Of a DNA stretch of 64,000 bases, positions 57,116 through 64,000 are shown piece after piece. The position numbers were made by a program, and so were the translations under genes. The stretch is from Thermoproteota archaeon (GTDB lineage: Archaea > Korarchaeota > Korarchaeia > Korarchaeales > Korarchaeaceae), in contig JAOZFG010000017.1 in NCBI GenBank assembly GCA_027491435.1, positions 1 to 64,000 of the forward strand, given 5' to 3'. Positions within the stretch are counted from its first letter, which is position 1. Every line of letters begins with the position of its first letter. The notes below the pieces were generated by a model. That model did no database searches. It saw only the letters and a program-made list of their open reading frames with translations, and had not been told where the DNA came from.

Positions 57116-57766
57116 GTGGAATTTAAAGAGGTTGTGGGGAGCGAAATGCTGTGGGTAAAGGTACATGAACGCTGTGAAAGATGTTACGAATTGGCTATCA
57201 ACGTTTTAGAGAAAGGAGGTCTCATAATATATCCCACTGACACGGCTTACGGTTTAGGAGCCGATATAAGACAGGAGGACGCCGTGCTTAAGGTTTATAG
57301 GGTGAAGAGGCGCCCTTTAAGTAAACCCCTGACCATAGCTTTGGCCAGCGTTGAAATGATACCTGAGTACGCGGAGGTGGATGAGAGGCTCCTCAAGTTC
57401 ATTTCCAGATTTCTCCCTGGCAGGGTCACTTTCATATTGAGGAAGAAGGGCTCTGTTCCTGACCTAGTTAACCCCAAGGCAATAGGGATCAGGGTTCCAG
57501 ACAATGAAGTGGCGCTAGAGCTTATAAGGAGGTTTGGAAGAGCCATCACAGCTACTAGCGCTAACTTGAGTGGAAGGCCCCCTAAGTATAGGGTCAGCGA
57601 CGTGGTGAAGGAGATAAGGGTAGATCTAGCCCTAGATATTGGTGATCTAGGGAGGACGGAGCCCTCCACCATAGTCGAGCTTATTACTGGGAAGCCCAAG
57701 TTAATCAGAGAGGGGCCTGTGCCCTTTCAGGAGATAGTGAGGGCCTACAGGGAGGAGTTCTCTTGA
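57116..57766 (+). CDS. Threonylcarbamoyl-AMP synthase (TsaC/YrdC domain only)
   Basis: YPTDT.YGLG, KRRP..KPL, IRVPD, TATSANLSG and PSTIV..REG motifs. Confidence 0.93.
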   Translation: MEFKEVVGSEMLWVKVHERCERCYELAINVLEKGGLIIYPTDTAYGLGADIRQEDAVLKVYRVKRRPLSKPLTIALASVEMIPEYAEVDERLLKFISRFLPGRVTFILRKKGSVPDLVNPKAIGIRVPDNEVALELIRRFGRAITATSANLSGRPPKYRVSDVVKEIRVDLALDIGDLGRTEPSTIVELITGKPKLIREGPVPFQEIVRAYREEFS

Positions 57767-58740
57767 TAGCCCTGGGCATTGAGTCTACCGCTCACACTTT
57801 CGGGGTTGGAATAGTGGATGAGGAGGGTAACATCCTAGCCAACGTTTACGACACTTACAGATCTGAGACTGGGGGGATGAGGCCCTTCGACGTAGCTGAA
57901 CACCACTCCAAAGTCGCCGTTGAGGTGATAAGAGAAGCCTTGAGAGAGGCTGGAGTTACTTTGGACGAAATAAGCGTTATAGGGTTCTCTAGAGGCCCGG
58001 GAATAGGACAACCACTTCAAATAGGGGCTGTAGTAGCTAGATCTCTTGCTATAACAGCTAAAAAGCCGTTAGTAGGCGTTAATCATCCCCTCGCCCACGT
58101 TGAGATAGGAAGGAAGGTAGCCAAGAGCTACGATCCAGTTGCTCTGTACGTTTCAGGAGGAAATACACAGGTTATAACCCACTCCGGAGATAGGTACGTA
58201 GTTTTAGGGGAGACTCTGGATATAGGGATAGGTAACGCTCAAGAGAAGCTCGGGAGGGAAGTAGGACTCCCCTTTCCAGCGGGCCCTCACTTAGATAGGA
58301 TAAGGGGGAGCTGGGTTCCCTTGCCTTATGTAGTCAAGGGTATGGACCTCTCTTTTAGCGGGCTGGTCACCGAGGCGGTGAGGAGGATAAAGAAAGGGGA
58401 AGGAGTAGAAGACGTGCTTTGGAGCTTTATGGAGGTGGCCTTCTCCATGTTAATAGAGGTAGCTGAGAGGGCCTTGGCCATGACTGATAAGAAGGAACTT
58501 TTGCTGGTAGGAGGAGTAGCGGCCTCTCCTAGACTTAAGGAGAAGGCAGAGATCATGTGCAGGGAGAGGGGAGCTACTCTGAAGACTGTACCTCCTAAAC
58601 TAGCCAGGGACAACGGAGCTATGATAGCGTGGACCTCGATACTAGCTTATAAGGTATTCGGGGCTGATAGGCCGGAGCGCACCCACGTGCTCCCGGACTG
58701 GAGGATAGACGACATAAGGTGGCCTCTATTGGAGGTGTAG
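57763..58740 (+). CDS. kae1: tRNA N6-adenosine threonylcarbamoyltransferase Kae1
   Basis: LGIESTAHTFG, GPG, VNH..AH.E, YVSGGNTQ, GETLD, DLSFSG and DNGAMIA motifs. Confidence 0.96.
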   Translation: MIALGIESTAHTFGVGIVDEEGNILANVYDTYRSETGGMRPFDVAEHHSKVAVEVIREALREAGVTLDEISVIGFSRGPGIGQPLQIGAVVARSLAITAKKPLVGVNHPLAHVEIGRKVAKSYDPVALYVSGGNTQVITHSGDRYVVLGETLDIGIGNAQEKLGREVGLPFPAGPHLDRIRGSWVPLPYVVKGMDLSFSGLVTEAVRRIKKGEGVEDVLWSFMEVAFSMLIEVAERALAMTDKKELLLVGGVAASPRLKEKAEIMCRERGATLKTVPPKLARDNGAMIAWTSILAYKVFGADRPERTHVLPDWRIDDIRWPLLEV

Positions 58741-58742
58741 AG

Positions 58743-59318
58743 ATGAGAAAGTTCAACATATGTCTATCTGGACTTACTGGAAGCGGTAAGAGCACTTTAG
58801 CCAAGAGGTTGGCCCAGAAGTATAACCTAAGGAGGGTCTCCGGCGGGGACATATTGAAGCAATTGATAGGAGGGAAAGAGAGCTTAAGAGACCCGGGCTG
58901 GTGGGAGAGAGATACAGGAAAGGCGGCCATGGAAGTTAGAAAGAGGGATCACACGATAGACTTGGAGGTAGACAGGAGGCTCTCCATGCTAGCTGAAGAG
59001 GGGGGATATGTGCTCGACTCGTGGACCATGGCCTACTTGCTCAAAGGCGATAAGTGTGTCAAAATATTCTTGAAGGCTGACATTGAGGTCAGAGCTAGGA
59101 GAGTATCTAGGAGAGATGGAATATCTTTTGAGGAAGCTCTGGAAAAAATAAGACAGAAAGATGAGGAAACCTACATGATATACAGGGAAATATACGGGTT
59201 CAGGTTAGGGGAAGATTTGACACCATTTCACCTGGTATTAGACACCTCTAAGCTGGGACAGGACGATGTGTTTGAAATAGTTACTAAATTTGTGGACGCC
59301 TGGTTGAGGAGGGCGTAA
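58743..59318 (+). CDS. cmk: Cytidylate kinase (archaeal type)
   Basis: I.LSG..GSGKST, S.GD, ID..VD, R..RV..RD and Y..IYG..D motifs. Confidence 0.88.
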   Translation: MRKFNICLSGLTGSGKSTLAKRLAQKYNLRRVSGGDILKQLIGGKESLRDPGWWERDTGKAAMEVRKRDHTIDLEVDRRLSMLAEEGGYVLDSWTMAYLLKGDKCVKIFLKADIEVRARRVSRRDGISFEEALEKIRQKDEETYMIYREIYGFRLGEDLTPFHLVLDTSKLGQDDVFEIVTKFVDAWLRRA

Positions 59319-59357
59319 TTTATTACCGGGAAAATTTCGATTAATAGTGAAGGGATC

Positions 59358-60230
59358 ATGACGTACCAAGACTTGCTAGATGAGGTAGAGACCCTCTGTT
59401 CAAAGGAGGGAATCGTAGGCAGAAGGGAGGAAATAGCTAAGATCCTGCTGGCAGCTAAGGCGGGGAAGCACGTGTTGCTTGAGGGACCAGTAGGGGTTGG
59501 AAAGACGTTCCTAGCCAGGGCCGTCGCCAACTACTTGTCAAGGGATTTCATAAGGGTTGAGGGAGACGAGAGAATAACCGAAAATAAGTTAATAGGTTAC
59601 TGGGATCCGCCGATGGTCTTAAAAAAAGGATACGTTGAGGAGGCCTTCGTGCCCGGCCCCCTGACCAGGGCTGCGCTATCCGGAGGGGTACTATTTATAA
59701 ATGAACTTAACAGATTGCCCGAATCCGCACAAAATGCCTTACTTCCTGTAATGGACGAGGGGATAATTTACGTGCCTCATCTAGGCTCCTTAAGGGCCAG
59801 AGATGGGTTCTTAATAATAGCGACTCAAAACCCTGAGGAGAGCGTTGGGGTTACCAGGCTCTCAGAGGCCTTGAGGGACAGGTTCATCTACATATCTCTA
59901 GGGTACCAACCAGCCGAGGAGGAGAAGGATATAGTCATGCAAAACGTGCCGATAAGCGAAGATGAGGCTTGGATAAGCGTTAAAATTGTGAGAAAAACTA
60001 GAGAGCACCCTAGGATAAAGAGAGGAGCTTCTGTGAGAGCTTCTATCGACATAGCTCATCTGGCCAGATCCCTCGAAGGGGACCCGGATAGATGGCTTAA
60101 GTCATCTCTGATGGTCCTTCCTCAGAGAATTGAGCTTAAGGAAGGGCAGAGGGTTAGGGTAGAGCAAGTTATAGAGGAGATAGTCAGGGAAGTCCTTGAG
60201 GGGGAAAGCAGGGAAGAATTTTTTCGATAA
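59358..60230 (+). CDS. MoxR-family AAA+ ATPase
   Basis: HVLLEGP.GVGKT, GPL..A, FINELNR, IATQNP.E and LSEALRDRF motifs. Confidence 0.92.
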   Translation: MTYQDLLDEVETLCSKEGIVGRREEIAKILLAAKAGKHVLLEGPVGVGKTFLARAVANYLSRDFIRVEGDERITENKLIGYWDPPMVLKKGYVEEAFVPGPLTRAALSGGVLFINELNRLPESAQNALLPVMDEGIIYVPHLGSLRARDGFLIIATQNPEESVGVTRLSEALRDRFIYISLGYQPAEEEKDIVMQNVPISEDEAWISVKIVRKTREHPRIKRGASVRASIDIAHLARSLEGDPDRWLKSSLMVLPQRIELKEGQRVRVEQVIEEIVREVLEGESREEFFR

Positions 60231-61230
60231 ATGGGAAGATATCCAGGCGCCTGACTTAATCCCCGCACTTTTTTGGAAGGATCTTGAGAAAATGGATTAC
60301 GAGAAGCTTAAAAAGGTGGTCATCAGGGCGCTAAGCCTCTCTAACACTAAGCTGTTGGTCAAGATAGCGGAGATAAATCATGTGGTGGTGGCTAGGGCCC
60401 TCTCAGAGAGCCTGCATGAGAACTTGCTTGACTCCATCGTAGAGAGGGATCCAGAGTCCTCAATCAGGCTGTATAGGTTAGTCAGGTGGAAGTTAAATGA
60501 GAGAGCCAGGGCATTGTTCAGGAGCTTGCTAAGTAAGGTCATATTAAGGCGCTCGAGGGTATCGATGAACCTCTTTGAGGGCAATGGGAGGGGCAGATAC
60601 TACGGCAGGTATGAAGCAGGGGACGACTTCGAGGTCGAGCTCACCATAGAGAGGTTGATCTCCTCGGGAAAGCCGATAGATCACGTGAGCTACGATGACG
60701 TGGTGGCCATAAAAAGGGGGAAGAGGAGGGGCGGGCTAGTGATAATATTGGATGCCAGCGGCTCCATGTCAGGCAGCAAGATCCTTAGGGCTGCGACGAC
60801 TGCCGCAATAGCCTCGCACTTTGTAGATAAGAGGGAGTTATCTGTGATAGGGTTCAACAATAAGGCATTTTTCATAAAGTCCATTAATGATAAGAAGAGC
60901 ATCAAGAAGGTTGTGGAGGAGATACTGGATATAGTTCCCCTGGGCTATACCAACATGTACGACGCCCTCAGGCTGGCGTTAGAGGAGGGTAGGAGGATGA
61001 AAAACCCATCTTACATACTGTTAACTGATGGAGAGTACAACGTCGGCGGGGATCCCTATGCTCTGGCTGAGAAGATTAGGCTTAACGTCATCTATTTATC
61101 GGATAACAGGAAGAGGGGCAGCAAGACATGTAAAGAATTAGCTGAAGCCGGCGGCGGCAGGTATTACGAGGTGAGAGATGTGAGGAGGATTCCTCACATA
61201 CTGACGGAACTTCTATCGTATGAATATTGA
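60196..61230 (+). CDS. VWA-domain protein (MoxR partner)
   Basis: MIDAS motif DASGSM, GYTN..AL and LLTDG. Confidence 0.9.
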   Translation: MRGKAGKNFFDKWEDIQAPDLIPALFWKDLEKMDYEKLKKVVIRALSLSNTKLLVKIAEINHVVVARALSESLHENLLDSIVERDPESSIRLYRLVRWKLNERARALFRSLLSKVILRRSRVSMNLFEGNGRGRYYGRYEAGDDFEVELTIERLISSGKPIDHVSYDDVVAIKRGKRRGGLVIILDASGSMSGSKILRAATTAAIASHFVDKRELSVIGFNNKAFFIKSINDKKSIKKVVEEILDIVPLGYTNMYDALRLALEEGRRMKNPSYILLTDGEYNVGGDPYALAEKIRLNVIYLSDNRKRGSKTCKELAEAGGGRYYEVRDVRRIPHILTELLSYEY

Positions 61231-61294
61231 GGAAGGCGTCGACACGTGGCCTCTTATAAAAGTTTATATGGACGAAACCATCACAGACACAAGG

Positions 61295-61384
61295 GCGGGG
61301 GTGGCCGAGATAGGCCTAAGGCGCCAGCCTTAGGAGCTGGTGGGCGTAAGGCCCGCGAGGGTTCAAATCCCTCCCCCCGCACCA
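61295..61384 (+). tRNA. tRNA-Leu(TAG), CCA encoded
   Basis: GCGGGGG/CCCCCGC acceptor stem, CCAGC-CTTAGGA-GCTGG, long variable arm, A73-CCA. TATA TTTATAT upstream. Confidence 0.96.
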
Positions 61385-61430
61385 AAAACTGGTTGTCTAA
61401 TTTTCTCTGGATGTTTTAAGAAAATCTGGA

Positions 61431-61507
61431 TGGTGCGGCCGCCGGGATTTGAACCCGGGTCGCCGGCTTGGGGGGCCGGCATCCTGTCCAGGCTAGACCA
61501 CGGCCGC
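61431..61507 (-). tRNA. tRNA-Gly(CCC), CCA encoded, C at position 33
   Basis: GCGGCCG acceptor stem, CCGGC-CCCCCAA-GCCGG anticodon arm, GTTCAAATC, A73-CCA. Confidence 0.93.
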
Positions 61508-61512
61508 TAAGG

Positions 61513-61590
61513 TGGCGGGCCCGGGGGGACTCGAACCCCCGACCTGCGGCTTAGGAGGCCGCCGCTCTATCCTTGCTGAGCTACGGGCCC
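61513..61590 (-). tRNA. tRNA-Arg(CCT), CCA encoded
   Basis: GGGCCCG acceptor stem, GCGGC-CTCCTAA-GCCGC, GTTCGAGTC, G73-CCA. Confidence 0.96.
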
Positions 61591-61805
61591 AGTAAGATAG
61601 GTAGACCAGGGATTTTAAAAGTTTAGGGTCTGCATATCAGTAACACATATAAAGTAAATAGGAGTTATACGGGTAAATTATTCACTTGACATTTCTATAG
61701 TTCTAATTAACACGAGTTAAGGCTTTATTTGGTTTTATTCCTTTGGTCAGAATGTAAGAAGGGGTCCAGAACGCTTATATCCTTCGTTGGGGTAATATAC
61801 ATGCG

Positions 61806-61877
61806 GCCGGGTTGGCCGAGTGGTTTAGGCAGCGGGCTGCAGACCCGTGGACGGGGGTTCGAATCCCCCACCCGGCT
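61806..61877 (+). tRNA. tRNA-Cys(GCA), CCA not encoded
   Basis: GCCGGGT/ACCCGGC acceptor stem, GCGGG-CTGCAGA-CCCGT, U73. Confidence 0.95.
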
Positions 61878-63104
61878 CTACTTTAGCCTAAACCTCCCCT
61901 TTATAACCCCTGCCCTTCTTCTCTCATCTTCTGTGGCGTAAAAAGCCCTCTCTAACAGGAGCTCTTCGATGGGATCGGGTTCGACGCCCCTTCTAGGGCA
62001 CATCCTCCTATAAGTCCTTATGACTGAGTCTATCTCCAGCTCGTACATGCCGACCCCTAGGGTCTTAGCGTATATGGTAAAGGGAGGTACGTCCTCAAAG
62101 GCAGTTCCGTGTAGGTGGGCTGCGATCCCCAAGGATACTCCGGCATAAGTCTTGGAGCCTATCGATAGCTTAGAGTGATCGCCTATGAAGGCCCCTACTT
62201 TGTTAAGGCCTGTGTCCGTCCCTCTGACCTTTACGTTGCCGTACGTGTTTTTCAAGTTGGAGGTTATCATGCCGGCCCCTATGTTGACCCACCTCCCAAC
62301 GTAGCTGTGACCTAAGAAGCCGAAGTGATACTTGTTTGAGTACTCCATTATTATGGACGTGGATATCTCGCCGCCCGCTCTAACAGCCCTTCCTATATAT
62401 GATCCTCCTATCCTAGCTCCAGACACTATTAAAGCTCCTTCCTCTATGTAAAGAGGACCTTTCAGGTAAGAGAAGGGCTCTATGGTTACCTTAGGACCGA
62501 TGTAGACAGGACCTTCCCTAGCATCCACTACGGAAGGCCCGATCACCTGAATGTCCTCTGATATACAAGCGTTGCCCCTGTCCCCAACTATTTGGAGGCC
62601 AACGTCCTTCCAATCGCACTTAGGTATGTCCCGCCTAAGCTCCTTTATTAGGGATAGGGGGGAGAGATCCCACAAGTTTTCCACTAAGGGCAATCCCTCT
62701 ACCCTCTCGACCTGTAACTTAGAAGCCCATTGCCCGCTCATCACAGCTTCAAGCTCTTTAGGTGAGACTAAAGCGGCGATAAGGGTTTTTCCCTGGACCA
62801 GGGCCTTGCCTAAGGGGAGGCTTTTTATACGCTTGTACAAGTTGGGTTCGGGTATCACCCTGGCGTTTATTAGCAGCAGGGGTTCATCATCTGTGGGGCG
62901 TCTGTCCTCGCTCACCCTCTCCTTGACCTCCTCTCTAACCAACCAGAAAGTCTTTTCGCCCAGTGCCTCCTCATGTTTCGAGAAAATCCTCTTGGAGCCG
63001 TAAACGAGTAATTGAACTGGCAATAACGTTGTTAGAGGTCTCAACCTCAGGGAAGCTTCGTCCTCGAAGAGAGTAGGTTGGACCATCTCTCCTCCTTGAC
63101 CCAT
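61878..63104 (-). CDS. Putative sugar nucleotidyltransferase/acetyltransferase (GlmU-like, left-handed beta-helix)
   Basis: LFED...LRPLT..P..L N-terminus, D...GPVYI hexapeptide region, SNKYH.GFLGHSYVG.WVNIGAG.ITSNLKN.Y. Confidence 0.85.
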   Translation of the reverse strand: MGQGGEMVQPTLFEDEASLRLRPLTTLLPVQLLVYGSKRIFSKHEEALGEKTFWLVREEVKERVSEDRRPTDDEPLLLINARVIPEPNLYKRIKSLPLGKALVQGKTLIAALVSPKELEAVMSGQWASKLQVERVEGLPLVENLWDLSPLSLIKELRRDIPKCDWKDVGLQIVGDRGNACISEDIQVIGPSVVDAREGPVYIGPKVTIEPFSYLKGPLYIEEGALIVSGARIGGSYIGRAVRAGGEISTSIIMEYSNKYHFGFLGHSYVGRWVNIGAGMITSNLKNTYGNVKVRGTDTGLNKVGAFIGDHSKLSIGSKTYAGVSLGIAAHLHGTAFEDVPPFTIYAKTLGVGMYELEIDSVIRTYRRMCPRRGVEPDPIEELLLERAFYATEDERRRAGVIKGRFRLK

Positions 63105-63158
63105 AACGTCGACACTTTATAAGCCGGCCTAGCCCACTATTTCGAAAGGGGTGAAAAA

Positions 63159-64000
63159 TTGTCAACTACGTACGAGCTCTATGAGTTCAGGAAGTTAATT
63201 AAGGAGCTTAAAAATAAGAGGGGTAGGGGTACTGAATTAATATCGTTGTACATACCACCCGGAAGAAATGTTTATGATGTTATCAAGTACCTGAGGAACG
63301 AGTACGACCAAGCGAGCAACATAAAAGATAAGCTCACCAGGAAGAATGTACAGAGCGCCATAGAAAGCATAATACAAAGGTTGAAACTCTACAAGAAGAT
63401 CCCAGAGAATGGACTAGTGATATTCTGTGGTGCCATACCTAGGGGAAAGGATAGGGGGACTGAGAAGCTGGAGATATACGTAATAGAACCCCCTGAGCCG
63501 GTAAGGTCCTTCACTTACCTGTGCAGTCATGAGTTTCACTTGGAGCCCCTAGAGGAGATGGCTAAGGAAAAGAAAGCTTATGGGCTGATAGTCATGGACA
63601 GAGGAGGGGCTGTGCTAGCCATACTCAGAGGAGCTAACTACAGGATTGTGGACGAGGTAACTTCTGACATCCCACCAAAGCACAGCGCTGGAGGGCAATC
63701 TCAGAGGAGGTTCGAGAGGATAAGGGAGGAGAGGGTTCATGACTTCTTTAAGAGAGTTGGCATGAGGGCCAATCAAGCCTTCCTACCCTTGGGAGATGAC
63801 TTAGAAGGCATCATAATAGGCGGGCCAGGGGACGCCAGGGAAAAGTTCGAGGAGGGTAACTTCTTGGATTACAGGCTTCAAAAGAAGATAATAGCCAACT
63901 TACCGCTATCATACACTGAGGAGCAAGGGGTTAGAGAGCTCATCATGAAAGCTGAGGACGTTCTCTCAGAGTCAGCCCTTTATAAGGAGAAGAGGGCTGT
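63159..64000 (+). CDS. prf1: Peptide chain release factor aRF1, 3'-truncated by the window (not in ORF track)
   Basis: Manual translation from TTG 63159 gives RGRGTELISLYIPP, ASNIKDK.TRKNV, YLC...F and KHSAGGQSQRRF. Confidence 0.96.
   Translation, partial: MSTTYELYEFRKLIKELKNKRGRGTELISLYIPPGRNVYDVIKYLRNEYDQASNIKDKLTRKNVQSAIESIIQRLKLYKKIPENGLVIFCGAIPRGKDRGTEKLEIYVIEPPEPVRSFTYLCSHEFHLEPLEEMAKEKKAYGLIVMDRGGAVLAILRGANYRIVDEVTSDIPPKHSAGGQSQRRFERIREERVHDFFKRVGMRANQAFLPLGDDLEGIIIGGPGDAREKFEEGNFLDYRLQKKIIANLPLSYTEEQGVRELIMKAEDVLSESALYKEKRA

Noticed and set aside
61591-61805. AT-rich gap between tRNA-Arg and tRNA-Cys as a possible att site or ncRNA
   Set aside because: There is no duplicated tRNA fragment and no GC-rich stem; divergent tRNA promoters explain the region.
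717-63165. Dozens of 60-190-aa ORFs antisense to or out of frame with recognised genes (e.g. 18008-18568, 33670-34137, 62551-63003)
   Set aside because: They are shadow ORFs with Ser/Leu/Pro/Thr-rich composition, as expected from the reverse complement of purine-rich coding strands, and show no motifs.
63315-63332. aRF1 NIKD instead of NIKS
   Set aside because: The fourth position varies among archaeal aRF1, GGQ is intact, and all three stop codons are used normally in the window.
1-64000. CRISPR arrays, transposases, integrases, inteins, tRNA introns, rRNA
   Set aside because: None seen: no spaced direct repeats, all long ORFs are accounted for, and DP2 and the RNAP subunits have normal lengths.

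Overview
This is a gene-dense core-genome segment of a thermophilic TACK-superphylum archaeon, most likely Korarchaeia. The lineage call is an inference from the combination of PolD DP2, Elf1, S30e, unsplit RpoB, a single fused RpoA'/A'' and a fused two-unit EndA. The window holds a replication-translation supercluster (DP2, RPA-like OB protein, PCNA, PriL, PriS, GINS15, L44e, S27e, aIF2a, Nop10), the RNAP/str operon, C/D and H/ACA RNP proteins, the thermosome, EF-1a/S10, L3-L4-L23-L2-S19, RqcH, tRNA-processing and t6A genes, five intron-less tRNAs and the start of aRF1. I found no mobile element, CRISPR array or rRNA. Four CDSs missing from the supplied ORF track were read by hand: Nop10, S30e, partial aRF1 and a partial secreted protein. 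The most interesting signals are: (1) an intact but catalytically stripped GAPDH-derived ORF coupled to a divergent PGK, inside a run with an OPT transporter carrying an FHA-like tail; (2) an RNA polymerase with a strongly rewritten bridge helix, substituted RpoB active-centre motifs and a Lys-rich Rpo5 tail; (3) an EMC6-like membrane domain fused to a sequon-rich soluble domain; (4) tRNA-Gly(CCC) with C33 instead of U33; (5) a Nop10 lacking its conserved C-terminus; (6) a DUF4330 plus double Wzy-like envelope operon; (7) an anomalous nusA start. All family assignments come from motif recognition by eye; no searches were run.
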